Assembly: GCF_036321535.1 (NCBI RefSeq)
Contig: NC_087437.1
Coordinates: 14,262,001-14,326,000, forward strand
Source: Camelus dromedarius
Lineage: Eukaryota
Reading direction: 5' to 3'
DNA: 64,000 bases
The stretch's first letter is position 1. Every line of letters starts with the position of its first letter. The notes under the pieces were generated by a model. The model made no database searches and was not told the DNA's origin. It saw nothing but the letters and a program-made list of their open reading frames with translations. Shown here piece by piece: positions 38,892 to 50,935 of the stretch. Made by a program: the position numbers and the translations under genes.

Positions 38892-39061
38892 TTTCCTACA
38901 TAACATTGTATCTAGGACCTTTTAAAGGATTCATTTTACTGCATGATGTAATTGTCAGTTCACTGCCCTCGCAAGAAGTTAATTCCAGAGAGGAGTTCAG
39001 ATTTAAAACAGTACAAAACAGCTGTAGTTAAGGGAACAGTCTCAAATGTCAAGAAGATCCA

Positions 39062-39303
39062 GTGTTTTTGTTTTTGTTTTTTTTTCTGTTTTTTCCTATT
39101 TTGAAGTATAGTCAGTTTAAAATGCTGTGTCAGTTTCTGGTGTACAGCATAATGTTTCAGTCATACGTATACATACATATATTCCTTTTCATATTCTTTT
39201 TCGTTATAGATTACTACAAGATATTGAATATAGTTCCCTGTGCTAGTAGAAACATTGTTCATCTATTTTATATACAGTAGTTAGTATATACAAATCTGGA
39301 AAA
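39062..39303 (-). mobile_element. Young L1 3' UTR fragment
   Basis: ttgaagtatagtcagttt...tctggtgtacagcataatg. 11-bp TSD aagaagatcca at 39051-39061 and 39304-39314. Confidence 0.9.
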
Positions 39304-40944
39304 AAGAAGATCCAAGTTTAAATTCAAGATCAGGTACTTCCTGGGCACACCTGGGGCTGTTCCTTATCCTCCCAGAGGCTTAGCGCTCTCATTGGTAATA
39401 CACAGCAACATCTATCTCCCAAGGAAGTTGTAATAGCCTTAATAACCCAAGGTACATTAAGCGCTTAACATTGTAAAAGGCACAAACTAAATAAATAAAT
39501 TCTAACCGTTAAAGCAGAAACACATCAGTGTAATCATTTTTCTGTTGAAGAGTAAAGAGATCTCTTTGATTGGGGTGTGAATTAGAAACAGTAGACAAGC
39601 CTTCCACTAGTATTTCTCTTTAAAGAAATCTTTTTATCCTTAGAATAACATACCGGTCAAGTGACTTTTTCTCGGTCTTCATTATCATTTAAAAGCATCT
39701 CTACGAAGAAACCCTGTGGAGAGGCGGGTGGGGAGAGTGTGCAGCTCAGAGAAAGTAAAGAGCCTAAAGAAACTGTTTTCCATTGGCAACCAACATGGCT
39801 GATGAAATGGGACCCAAACTGATAGGAGCGTATAGTTGCCATCACCCACAAAATTACGTGCCCTGTCACGTGACAGATGAGGCTTAGAAGCACACTTCGC
39901 GATAGAAGAATGCCTCTGAGCTATTTGACTTGCTATGCTTAAAGGGGAAATTTTTCCATATACTTGCATAATTGTTGTTATTTCTCTCCTCTTGTTTTGT
40001 AGAAGGTTGTCTGCCTTTATCTAAGCTGCTGAGGGCTTATTAAAGGCACAAGGTGGAACAGATCACTCCATGTGGGACACAGCAGCCTAATCCTCAGAGT
40101 GTTCTCATCAGCACCGGGAGGAAGACGCTCCGTGACAATGCATTGCCCTGACATTTGGTTGAAGGACATTTGTGGTTTTGTGCAACACCCAAGGGTACTA
40201 TTGTACTGCACAGAGATGAGGCTGAGTGGTTTTCCCCAGACAAATGGAGAAGAAGGCATCCAGGCCAAGTTTCAACTTTGGTACAAACTAATTAAAAAGT
40301 AACCATAAGGAAGAGAGTGTGAAATCCTAAGCAATGTGATGATAAGGGATTTGCTCTTTTTAATTGGGTCCCAATGTGGCTGGTTCTTGGGAAGAAATCA
40401 TATTTCATAGTTTAAATATCATAAAATTTTATCAAATACTCATGTGCATTTTTATGGGCGAAGAAAGTCATTTTAATAGTATATATTAATGATGGTATTA
40501 AATAATGGCTCTGACTCCAAAATTCAATAGCCTTAGGTTATCATAAGAAAGATGATAAAATATTCATTTCTTTGTAATTAGTCTGAGTTAGAGGTAAAAC
40601 GAGAAAAAGGCCTGTAGCTTTGAATTATTGGTTTGAGAAGGATGCTTTCTGCAATAGTGGAAGAGCAAATGTACTGTGCTTCATAAAGACCACAAGGTCA
40701 TAAAACATGGTTACTTCGCTAATCTGCTGTCCAAGTTTCAATTTGTGTGCAAGCAAATATAGCCAAATAGGGCCCACACTGTTTAATCGTGTGTTTTATT
40801 ACTGGCTCGTGTTTATTTTAGTTTTCATGTAGCCTGCGGTTCAAAGACAGAAATTCTTTGAAACCTAACCTATCCTCCCACCCCCCGCCGTAATTACAGG
40901 GAATTTGAGATTATGGCTAGTTGTTTATATCCCCTATAAAGGTA

Positions 40945-41110
40945 AAGTTCTTTGTGTTTTCTGAGTCATAAACCCCTTTGAGAATTTGCTAAAGATATGA
41001 ATACCTTCTCTAGGAAGAAATCTCCACACATTTGCCGACTCACACTCAATTGGCCTATAATATTCAGGGGTTCACGAGCTCCTTGGGGGTACATCTTTGG
41101 ACTCCAGCAT
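40945..41110. mobile_element. MER103-like hAT-Charlie MITE
   Basis: acccctttgagaatttgctaaagatatgaa...ttcaggggttcacg. Confidence 0.65.
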
Positions 41111-41329
41111 GAGAGCAATGGATTCAAAAACTGGATGGTTATTTCCAGCTTGGGGTGGATACGGGGAGTTGAGTGGAGATTCAAGATGAGGGTGCGATTA
41201 AATGACTTCTTGGATTTTCTAGATTTAACTATTCACAGGTTGATTTTAAAATGAATTTCCGGAATACTAAACATATCCACATCCAAGTCTAATTTTAACC
41301 AGATCATTTCTTGGTTCCATGCCTCTGAA

Positions 41330-42020
41330 GGGCAAACTGGTGATACGTTTCAACAGCCTTACCAGCATTCATAGATTTTGACATGGCCATTCAATTTCAG
41401 AAATCTATCCTAAAGAAATATTCAGAGATGTAGGCAAAGATCTAGGTCCAAGGAAGTTTATCAGAGTATTATTTATGAAAACAAGAATTTGGAAACAACT
41501 TAGATGGTTAGGGTAAAAAAAGTGATGGATAATTGAATTAATTGCACCCATGCAATAAATTATTTGCAGCTATCAAAATTTGTGTTTCACAAACAAACAA
41601 ACTCATAAAGAAAGATACCAGGTTTGTGGTTACCAGAGGTAGGAAGTAGAAGAGGGGGAAATTGGATGAAGGCAAAAAAAATGAACGAAAAGAGGGAAAA
41701 AACCCAATATGTATAAAAATGAAACTGCAATCTCTGTTTATACATATACTAATATCACTTGCTATTATTTTTGAAAAATTCTGAAAAATGTATGCTTTAA
41801 TAAGAATATGTCATGCCATGGCAACTATTTAATATCTAATATCTGATTAAAATAGATAAAAATTTCTTATGTTATGTAAATTATAGAATTAAAAATTGAT
41901 GGGAGTGGGTTTTAAAATCCTGTGCATGTGTAAATGGTAGGATTACAGATCATTTAAGATTATTATTCTCTGTATTTCTGTATTTTCCAAATATTTTTAT
42001 GATGAATTGGTCTATTTTAT
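41330..42020 (+). mobile_element. Ancient L1 (L1ME-like) fragments
   Basis: aatctatcctaaagaaata...ttggaaacaacttag...gtatttctgtattttccaaa. Confidence 0.6.
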
Positions 42021-42628
42021 TAATTGAACAAACCAATGTTCATTGTAAGCCTACTATGTGCTAGGTACCATGCAATGCATATATCTAAGCAATGTTTACT
42101 ATTAGAAAAAAGAAAACAAATGAAACCTGCATGTTTCATCTAAAATAGCTATCAGACATCTGAAATTTCTCTTGCACTGATTCCCATGTGTGTTTTATCA
42201 ACCCATTATGATGAAACCCCTTCTAGGGTAGAGGATTTCATTTAACTTACCTTTATTGGGTATTTTTTTGTGTTGGGTGCTATTTTAGGTACCGAATCTG
42301 TCCAGCACCCTTTAAAGTCCTTATCGCTGCTCTAAGTCCAATGGAGTGCTTTGTACAGTGCTGTTGAATTAAATTCTAATGCCAAAGAGAAGTGCTTTCG
42401 GACTTTGGTATCAGCTGAATGAGATCAAACCTACCTCTTCCTCTTAATAAGTTTGAGATAGCAGGATCTTACCTCTGTAAGAGTGTTTCTTCTTTTTAAA
42501 AATGGAGCTAATATTATCTACCTCAAAGTGATGATGGGGAAATTAAATGGAATGTTGCACATAAAATGTCCATCATAGTATCAAGCAACTAGCTGATCTT
42601 AATAAGTCTTTCTTTTCCATTCCTTATC

Positions 42629-42711
42629 TATAGATTGAACCATAAGTACCTAGTGATATTCAACCTTTTTTTATCTGCAAAAATGGCAATTTCATATGGA
42701 TCAATTTGATA
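42629..42711. mobile_element. MADE2-like mariner MITE (about 80 bp)
   Basis: tagattgaaccata...gatattcaacctttt...aaaaatggcaatttcatatggatcaa; palindromic inverted repeats with TA flanks. Confidence 0.7.
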
Positions 42712-43199
42712 ATTAGTGGTAACTATGACACACAGGAGCACCCTTGATGAATTATATAGAGAAGGTATAGCTACAGAGTAGAACAGAGAGGGAGGGCATG
42801 ATGACAATTATGGTGAAATAAGTCAATGAAATTCTGAGAACTGAAGATGTTGCCTAATTTTAATCTGTGGGTAGAATTCTCACCAGCCATGCTTTAAAAA
42901 CAAAAAGAACTATAAGGTCTAGGAGACCATGCACACAGCTGTGGGGTGGGGGAGGTCTTCCTCACTAAGCCTGGAACCCAGAAGAGCTGTAAGAAAAGTC
43001 AGACCTATGTAACCACATAAACTTTAAAACATCATATTAAAATAATATGAATAATATTTCTTTGTTTATTGATTGATTGTGTTTCAGCCCTAGGATGTGA
43101 GGTTCTAGAGGGAAAGGATTTTTGTCTTTTGTTCACTGTTGAATCCTTGGTACATAGAATAATGTCTGGTACATAGTACATGTCATTACCAAAGAAATA

Positions 43200-44140
43200 C
43201 TATGAGTCAACTGATAATTAATAGATGTGGAACAAATATTTGCAATGAGAGAGCAGACAAAAGGTTAATATTTCAAATGCAAAGAGTGTCAAAAAATCAA
43301 CAAGGAGGGAACATGAAACTTACAGCAAAATAGGAGGTTCCAATACCCAAGAAATAAACAAAAATATTCTCAAACTAGTACATAGTGTTATCACTTCAGA
43401 CTGGCAAAAATTTAAAAGACTGACAACTTGTATTGCTGATGGAATATGGGAGCAAGGGTACTACCATACAGGGCTGGTAAGAAGGTGAATTGCCTCAGCT
43501 ATTGTTGGAATGCAATCTGATACATTCTGTTAAAATTTAAAATGCGTATACAGTTTGATCCCCAAATTCTTCTGCTGGGCATCTGTCCCATAGAAATGAA
43601 AGCCAAAGTATCAAATATCTTATATGCTACAATGTTTATTGCAGCATTATTTTTTTCAGAGATACAAAAGAAAAAAAGTGGAAACAAAGTGATTGTCCAT
43701 CAATAGCAGAATGGTTGAATAAATTATGACACATTGCAGTGTAAAATTCTATGCAGCCATTAGAGAGTTATTGTTGAGAAAATGCAAGATTCAAAAATAC
43801 GTGTGTGTTCCAATTTTTGCAAAATAATGACAAAACCTCTCTATGTGTATATGTATGTCTATATATTATGAATATGTATGTGCATTGTGTGTAGTCTTTT
43901 ATTCATGAACACATGAGCATAAGGAATAATGTGAAAGCATATACAGTAAGTTGCTAACATGGGTAACTTTTTGTCCAGGAGGAGGTAATATAGATTAAGA
44001 GAGGAATATACAGGAGAGGAGATGCTAAACCAAAACAAAAACTGCATTAAAAAACCAGGATGTATGATATAATCACACATCTCGAGTTTATGTAAAATTA
44101 TATGTGACTATTTATGTGTATAAATATTTAAAAAGAAAAA
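43200..44140 (+). mobile_element. Ancient L1 (L1ME-like), with an L2 3' end just upstream (about 43055-43185)
   Basis: aatgtttattgcagcatt...tgtccatcaatagcagaatggttgaataaattatg...ctatgcagccatt. Confidence 0.75.
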
Positions 44141-45544
44141 AAGTAACAAACAGAATAAGGGAAGTGAATTTCCCTGGCCATTTCAGCGCAGCCTTGGTGC
44201 GGCCATAAAGAACACTGCAATACAACATTGGAAATGGAAAGTCATATAAAGCAGGACTGCCAAGCCCGTTATGAGTGGGGATGGAGAGAGATGCAATTCC
44301 CCCATGAGATAAATCAAAATGAGTTAAGAAAGCCCAGAGAACCAGCTTCTACAGACTATAGAAAAAGTCAACAGGGAATTACTAGCAGAAAAAAATTTAA
44401 ATGGAAGATGATCAAGACCACCACTGTGAAGCACATTTGTTAGAGGCTAGATTCAAGACTTTAGTTAAACTCTGGGACAGAGAAGCCCTGAAGAGAAGCA
44501 GAAGACTTGGTCTCTGTCCTCAGTGGGCTGATCTCTAAGGTACATTCAAGCTTGAAAAACCCATGATTGTAGAATGCAACGGGGATGCGCTAACATTTAG
44601 GAGACAGACAATCATAGAACTTTGAGTTGGGTGGGCTTTGGAGGATTGTCTAGCAGTGGGCCCAAAAGGGTCTTTAATTTACATTTTTTAAAGTGGTAAA
44701 AAAATATACAACATAAAATTTACCATTTTAACCATTTTTAAGTGTACAGTTCAATAGCATTAATTACATTCACATTGTTTTGCCAAACATTTTTTTTAAT
44801 GGGCCTGTTGGAGGAAACTGGGTGAGGGTGTACAAAACCTCTCTGTATTATCTTTGCAACTTCCTGTAAATGTATAATTATTTCAAAATTTGATTAAAAA
44901 AAAATGGAGTGCCTTTGTGGTTTCAGAAGCTTTCTTGCAGATACAAGAGAGCCAGCAAGAGGCCAGATGTGGCCTCATCACCCACCTTCATTCAGAGCAT
45001 CTCCACTTCATCTCTTTTACATATTGTGCTTCTACATGAGTTTCTGGAATTTCATGTCCAAAAATGGTTCCACTATTAAAAAAAATAGTTTAAAAATTAC
45101 CAACTCTGTTATTGTACCCGTGGAGATTAATTTAGTTTTCCAAGATTGCTAAGCTAATAAATGACAAGGCTAGGACACAATTCCAGGTCTTTTGACTCCT
45201 AGTCTGGTCCTCCCTACACTATACCATATTGCCTCGATTGAAAAATAAAGATTTTTGTTTCTGTCCCTGGCTCTGCCATCATTTACTATATGCTAAAATG
45301 AACGTCTTCAGATAGGAGCACAGGTAATGTGTGTAGTATAGTCATGGAGGAAATCACAGTTGAGAACAAATCTAGAGACTCAAAACCTGGGACTTCAGAT
45401 TCCGAAATCTCCAAGTTTGTAGCCTCTGTTGGGTAGGTGTGTGTTTGCGTATTCCTTAGTCTCCTGAAAGGATAAGCCACGGAAGAGAACATATCTGACC
45501 TGGGTCTCAGAGAAATTTAAAAGGAAAAATAAATGAATGCCTTT

Positions 45545-45865
45545 CAGTTACTTAACAAAGGTTTAATAAGTGTCTGCTAAGTACCAGGAACTGTGACAGA
45601 CACAAGGGATGTGATGGTAACAAAACAGGACGTGGTCTTTGCTTTCATGAGCTTGCTGCCCAGGAGGTTGGAATACATAGTTATTAACTCAGTAATCAAA
45701 CTAATGAATAGATATTTCCAACTGAGATAGAGGAGAGAAAGGGATGAAATTACACGTACGATGAACATGTATAATAGAAAATGACCTAAAAACAGTCAGA
45801 GCAAACTTCCCTAAAGAAGTCATGTTTGAACTGAATCCACAGGATAAATAAGAGTTAGCTGGATA
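45545..45865 (-). mobile_element. L2 3' region
   Basis: aacaaaggtttaataagtgtctgctaagtaccagg...tgctttcatgagctt. Confidence 0.7.
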
Positions 45866-45974
45866 GCTTGATTTATTTGGGAAAAGCTATTTGTAAATAA
45901 AATTATAGCTTAATTGTGCATTAGGGAGGCTTTGTTGAGAAGCTAACTTTTGTAGAGAAGATAGTATTGTTTAG

Positions 45975-46160
45975 GCTCAGCAAATGTACTTACCTTCCTA
46001 CTGTCATGCTCCTTATCATCAACCATAGCAGACATCACCAATCAAATACAGCATTCTCTTGTGGTAAATCCTGATACACCATCTTGATAGAAGTTTCAGA
46101 CAGCCCTTGCCAATCAGTCAGGTTTGGCACTCAAAACGAAATGTATTTTCCACCTTAGGT
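45975..46160. mobile_element. Old hAT-Charlie MITE (MER117-like)
   Basis: gcagacatcaccaatcaa...ccaatcagtcaggtttggcactcaaaacgaaatgtattttccacc. The family name is from recall and uncertain. Confidence 0.45.
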
Positions 46161-46270
46161 ATGGTGAAAAATGATCTCTGGACTCAAATTTGGAGATTCT
46201 GAGTTGTAGCTGCATGGCTTCAACTAATATAAGGCGACTGGCCAACATACAAGCCATTCATCTCAGTTCT

Positions 46271-46758
46271 TATGATGGTTAATTTTGTGTGTCAACTTAT
46301 CTGGGCTAAGGGATGCCCTGATAATGGGTAAAATATTATTCCTGGGCATGTCTGTGAAGGTGTCAAACACCAAAGAGATTAGTATTTGAATCTGCGGATT
46401 GAGTAGAGCACAGCTCCGCCAAGGTGTGTGGGCATCACCCAGCCCATCAAAGCCTGACTAGAACAGGAAGGTGGAGGGAGGGTGAACTTGCTCCTTCTGC
46501 TCAAGCTGAGACATCCGTCTTCTCCTGCCCTTGAACATCAGTGCTGCTGGTTCTTACACTCAGACTGGGACTTAACCATGACCTGCCTGATTCTCAGGGG
46601 TTTGGACTTGAATTCAATTACATTGCTGGCTTTCCCGGTTCTCCAACTTTCGGACAGCAGACTATGGGACTTCTCGGTCTCCCATAATCATGTGAGCCAA
46701 AGTCTATAACAAATGCATATACCTTATTGGTTCTATTTATTTGAAGAATCCTAATACA
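46271..46758 (+). mobile_element. MLT2D-like ERVL solo LTR
   Basis: tatgatggttaattttgtgtgtcaactt...ccataatcatgtgagccaa...ttggttctatttatttgaagaatcctaataca. Confidence 0.88.
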
Positions 46759-47177
46759 GTCCCCAAAGAAACAACAAATACTGCTTCCCCGTACTATAAA
46801 CTTCACAAGAGAGTCTATGGAGTGAGCCCTCTTTGTGTTCCAACCCTCAATTTATGGATAGGAGAGTTAGCCCAGAAAATATGTCCTTGGGCAGTACCAG
46901 AATTTGTGAATTTGCCTGCGGATTATAAAAGTATTTTGCTGAGACTTGCAAAACTAAAACCAAGAGGATTGCAAGTATCAAAGATATTAACTTTCAAGCC
47001 AGAAGGGCTGATATTAAAACTTTACAGCGATGTTGACTGCACATAATTTAAAATTTGTGGGCACTCCCGCCTCTTCAGGTCACAGCACCATGGCAACGTT
47101 CTCCGAACAGGAAAGAACTGATTTTGCCTCAAATGCTGGTTGATTTGGAACATGACTGCTTTCTAGAACTTTTCTTT

Positions 47178-47264
47178 TTTCTTTTTCTTGTTGTTTTTAT
47201 TGAAGTATAGTCAATTACAATGTGTCGATTTCTGGTGTACAGCATAATGTCCCCGTCATGCACA
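47178..47264 (-). mobile_element. Very short young L1 3' tail (87 bp)
   Basis: tttattgaagtatagtcaattacaatgtgtcg..., with a perfect 14-bp TSD tagaacttttcttt at 47164-47177 and 47265-47278. Confidence 0.9.
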
Positions 47265-48942
47265 TAGAACTTTTCTTTATTTGGGGCTTGAAAATGAATA
47301 TTTATACCATTCTTATAGTTTTTCTCCTAACCCCTACTTTCTGTAAGGATGTATGCTTGCCAGCTGAAGTTTTGCCAATCTCGATGCTCCAGCAGCTGGT
47401 AAAGTATTACTGGATTTCAAAAGATATTTTTCTTTTTTACAATTTTTATCTCAACACATGGTAATATCTTTAACACTTACTGTTATAGCATCAGAAAAAA
47501 AAGATGTTTTGTATAGCCCACGCTCTGTTTAGAGTCATTCTGGTAGCCTTTCGCCTTAGTACCATTGTTACCATTGTCATAGTCCTAATAAGAGGGATGG
47601 TGGGCTCAAGAGTGAACTTGTCCTCACTGTGTGTAGTTGAAGAGACAGACACAGGATTCAGGATGAAATTTTTGTGCCTTTTGCTTCTATAATGATGTCT
47701 TTAGCATTTGCTTATGTATCTTACCCAGCTACATGTCCTCTGACTATAATCTTTTATATTAGTACTGAACTGTATGAGAGTTCAGGGGAGACTTCAATTC
47801 AGTAAGTGGAAAAGATGCCAATCTTAATTCCACTATGTAAATGCGTGGGCAGATGAGTCAAAATGACACAAGTAAATAACTCTGGATGCTGGTACAATTT
47901 CATTTACTTGAAAGAAAAATTAAAGTTATGTCTTCTGCATAACCATTGTCATTTTTGTCTTCCTCTCCTCCCTTAAGCTCTCGGTTTGAGAGGTTTAGAG
48001 GGGTGGAAAGGCAAACGTTAGGTAGTGAGTCTCATCAACGTTTAGGATATGAATATGGTATCCCTTGGGTGTGTGTATCAAGACTGCCAACGCCCAGAGG
48101 CAGAGGGGTCCTGTGGCCTACATGCTTGGGAGACTGTGTGTGTGTGTGGTGGGGGGGGTGGCTATGTGGTGCTCACTGATCTGATGGCTTCTGATCGTTG
48201 ATCCACCCATCAGATGTTTGCTACTTCATTGTCACTTCCCTACAGCTTTCTCTTCTTTTTGTTCATTGCTACTTCCATCAGCTAACTACTGATCAAACCA
48301 TTGGGAAGCAAAAATGTGCATTCCTAGCATGATCTCAGCAACCTGTGGTCCAGTGTCGAAATACAAGACTGTGCAATGGAAACCCCAGACAGCCATGCGC
48401 CTGTGAGAGGCAGCCCTCCAGAGTCACCACGGTTGTCTTTTTATAAACTCTCCCATTTCCCTTCCACTTCAAGTGTGGAATGTATAAAGGTCCCTGGTGG
48501 GGTGGGGGGGCAGCCAGGGTGATAGCAATGCAGGCTCAACAGGGAGATGGGAGTAGCTTTTGGGAGTGGCTGGTATCGCTGGGAGAGCTTCTCTGGGTGG
48601 CTGATAAGATTTGCTTTTTTTTTAATTGGTGGTTTTAGAAAGTACAGCTTTAACCAAGAGGCAAAGTAGTTTTTGAGTAATTTAGACAATATGCTATTAT
48701 GACGTTTTAACAATCTCTTGCTTCCAGGCCTATTTATAAAGCGGGCTGTGTGACTTGGGGACATTTGCTTCCCTCTCTGGGCCTCGGATGCTACTACAAA
48801 ACGAAGAACTTGAACCACATCAGTGATTTCCACTCAAGGGCCACCTTGAAGATCAAAGAAAAGCTCCACTACTCAACCACCTACCTGAGCAGCTCCGCTT
48901 TTACTTCTTTTATGTTTTGAGATTCCACATTAGATTTAAACT

Positions 48943-48996
48943 GAGAGAGAAGAAGAAGAAAGAGGAGGAAGATGAGGAGGAGGAGGAGGAGAGAAA
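48943..48996. repeat. Purine-rich (GAA)/(GGA) low-complexity tract
   Basis: Read directly. Confidence 0.85.
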
Positions 48997-50404
48997 GCAT
49001 TCTGTGGCTTAAGGCTGTCTGAGAAAACAACTGAACTATATAATTGTAAATCTATTTCTGGCTCATTTTTTGACTCTAAAAATCTAGATTCATCCATAAA
49101 ATGTAAAGGGATTTGAAAACCTTGATTATTCAATCACAGCCTCACATATTTCAGCAGAGAGTTATGACGAAGGAGGGAAGGTAGCTTCTAAAGGGTGTCT
49201 GTCTTGCTTGATAAAAATTGGTAGGAGGTGTGAGGGAGGTGGACGCTCAGTTACTAAATAATCCATCTTCTAGGGTTTTCTCTGTATCCTTAGGCCTTGT
49301 GATTTCTTTCTTCTCTGTTGGCTTCCTGAGCACCTGGCCTTTACCCAAAGATTTCAAAGGAAATGTGAAGGAACTCCAGGCACACCTATCAGCAGGTGAA
49401 GACGCAAGGATGAAGGTGAAGCAGCATCTCCCCTGGCCTGGCAGCCAGTCTCCAAGCTGAGAACCACTTGGAAGTGTGGAATCCCCTCAAGAGTCCTTCC
49501 TCCAAGCTTCTTTGCTAAAGTCCCCTCACAGTCTGGCAGGAGCCCCGTAAATCCATGCACCCCGCCCTGCAGCACGTGCTGAGGCATGACACTCCAGCCC
49601 GTATCCCTCGTCAAGAATTGCTCCTGGGCCCCGCACCTGACCCACATCTCATACCTTGTGCCTCATCTTCCAAATTCCCTGCCATCAACATCTCTCCTTT
49701 TTTGGTCTCAACTTTGTCTTGCCCAAAATTGTTATGCATGCTTCTGTCTCTCTCACCTTCATGTCTAATCATCACTTTGTTTCTCTCTATCATGGCAGTG
49801 CAACTGTGAGCCCTTTCAGATGTCAATTTCCCAACTTGGCCTAACATTCAGGAACCCTCTGCCCATCTGTGGTTTCTCCTGGTCTCAGGAGAGTCATCTC
49901 CTCTCTGTCTCTAACCTGGACCGTGTTAGAGATTCATTGAAACACAATGGCCTCAAGAAGCCACCTCTCATGTATGCTGATGGCTGATAGAAAAAGCCCC
50001 CCACCCCCGAAAATCCAAAAGAATCTGTCATGTCTTCACCATGAGAGAAGTTCCACACCTGATGGCTAGTCTATAACTGTCTTTTCAACCACCAGTCCTA
50101 CACTTTCTTTGCTTTTTCTTTTCCTTCATCCTTCTCTGCTTTATATCCAGGCTGTAAATATATACTTACTGAGAATCACAGATGTAACTTCTGAATCTGG
50201 ATGATATATCCATGTCTCCCTAGGTCCACAAATTACCCATCCCAGGTCTGACAAAGTCCACTGCCAAGACCCTAAGGACATTTGGGCTCTAGAGATGACT
50301 TCCACCTGCCACTCCAGGAAGCATGTGAAATTCTCCACTGGCTCCATACAGTGAACATTCAGAATAGTTTATATGCTCCAAAATCCAATATAAGTCTTAA
50401 TTTT

Positions 50405-50935
50405 ATTATTGGGCTTATTAATGAAGAGAATGGCGTTTCAGCCATTAGCTGAAATGGGAAAACAGAAGGAGAAGTAGGTTTGGGGGCAGAGATGAGCGCA
50501 CTCTCAGGTATGTTAAGCTGCACGTCCGTGTGGAAGTATAAGTAGGTAGATGGATAAACAGATGGGGAACTCAGAGGTGAGGTCAGGCTATAGACGTGAC
50601 TTGAGGAGTCATCAGTCATGGACCTTGATGAAATTGACAAAGGGATGTGTGCATATCAAAAAGTAGTAAAGACCAACCCCTGGTCACACAAAAACTGGAG
50701 GTTGGAAACATGAAGAAGAATCAGCCAGCAAATGAAAAGGGGTAAATAGAGAAGAAAATCTAGAGAAGTGTGGTGTCTTCCAAGCTGAGAGAGGAGCTTG
50801 TGTCAAGGAGGAGGGACAATTGACTTGTCAAAGGTTGCTTGTGAGTCAAATAAGGTGAGGATTGTGATAGGATTGGATTTAGCTTCAAGTGGCAGGCAGC
50901 ATATCTGCAGAGCAGAGGTGAGACTGAATGTAAGA
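50405..50935 (-). mobile_element. L2 LINE
   Basis: agctgaaatgggaaaacagaaggagaagtaggtttggggg...ggagtcatcag...gtcaaataaggtgagga. Confidence 0.8.

Noticed and set aside
45988..45996. Perfect minus-strand donor AAG|GTAAGT
   Set aside because: It lies in a probable hAT MITE, has no matching acceptor, and is expected by chance.
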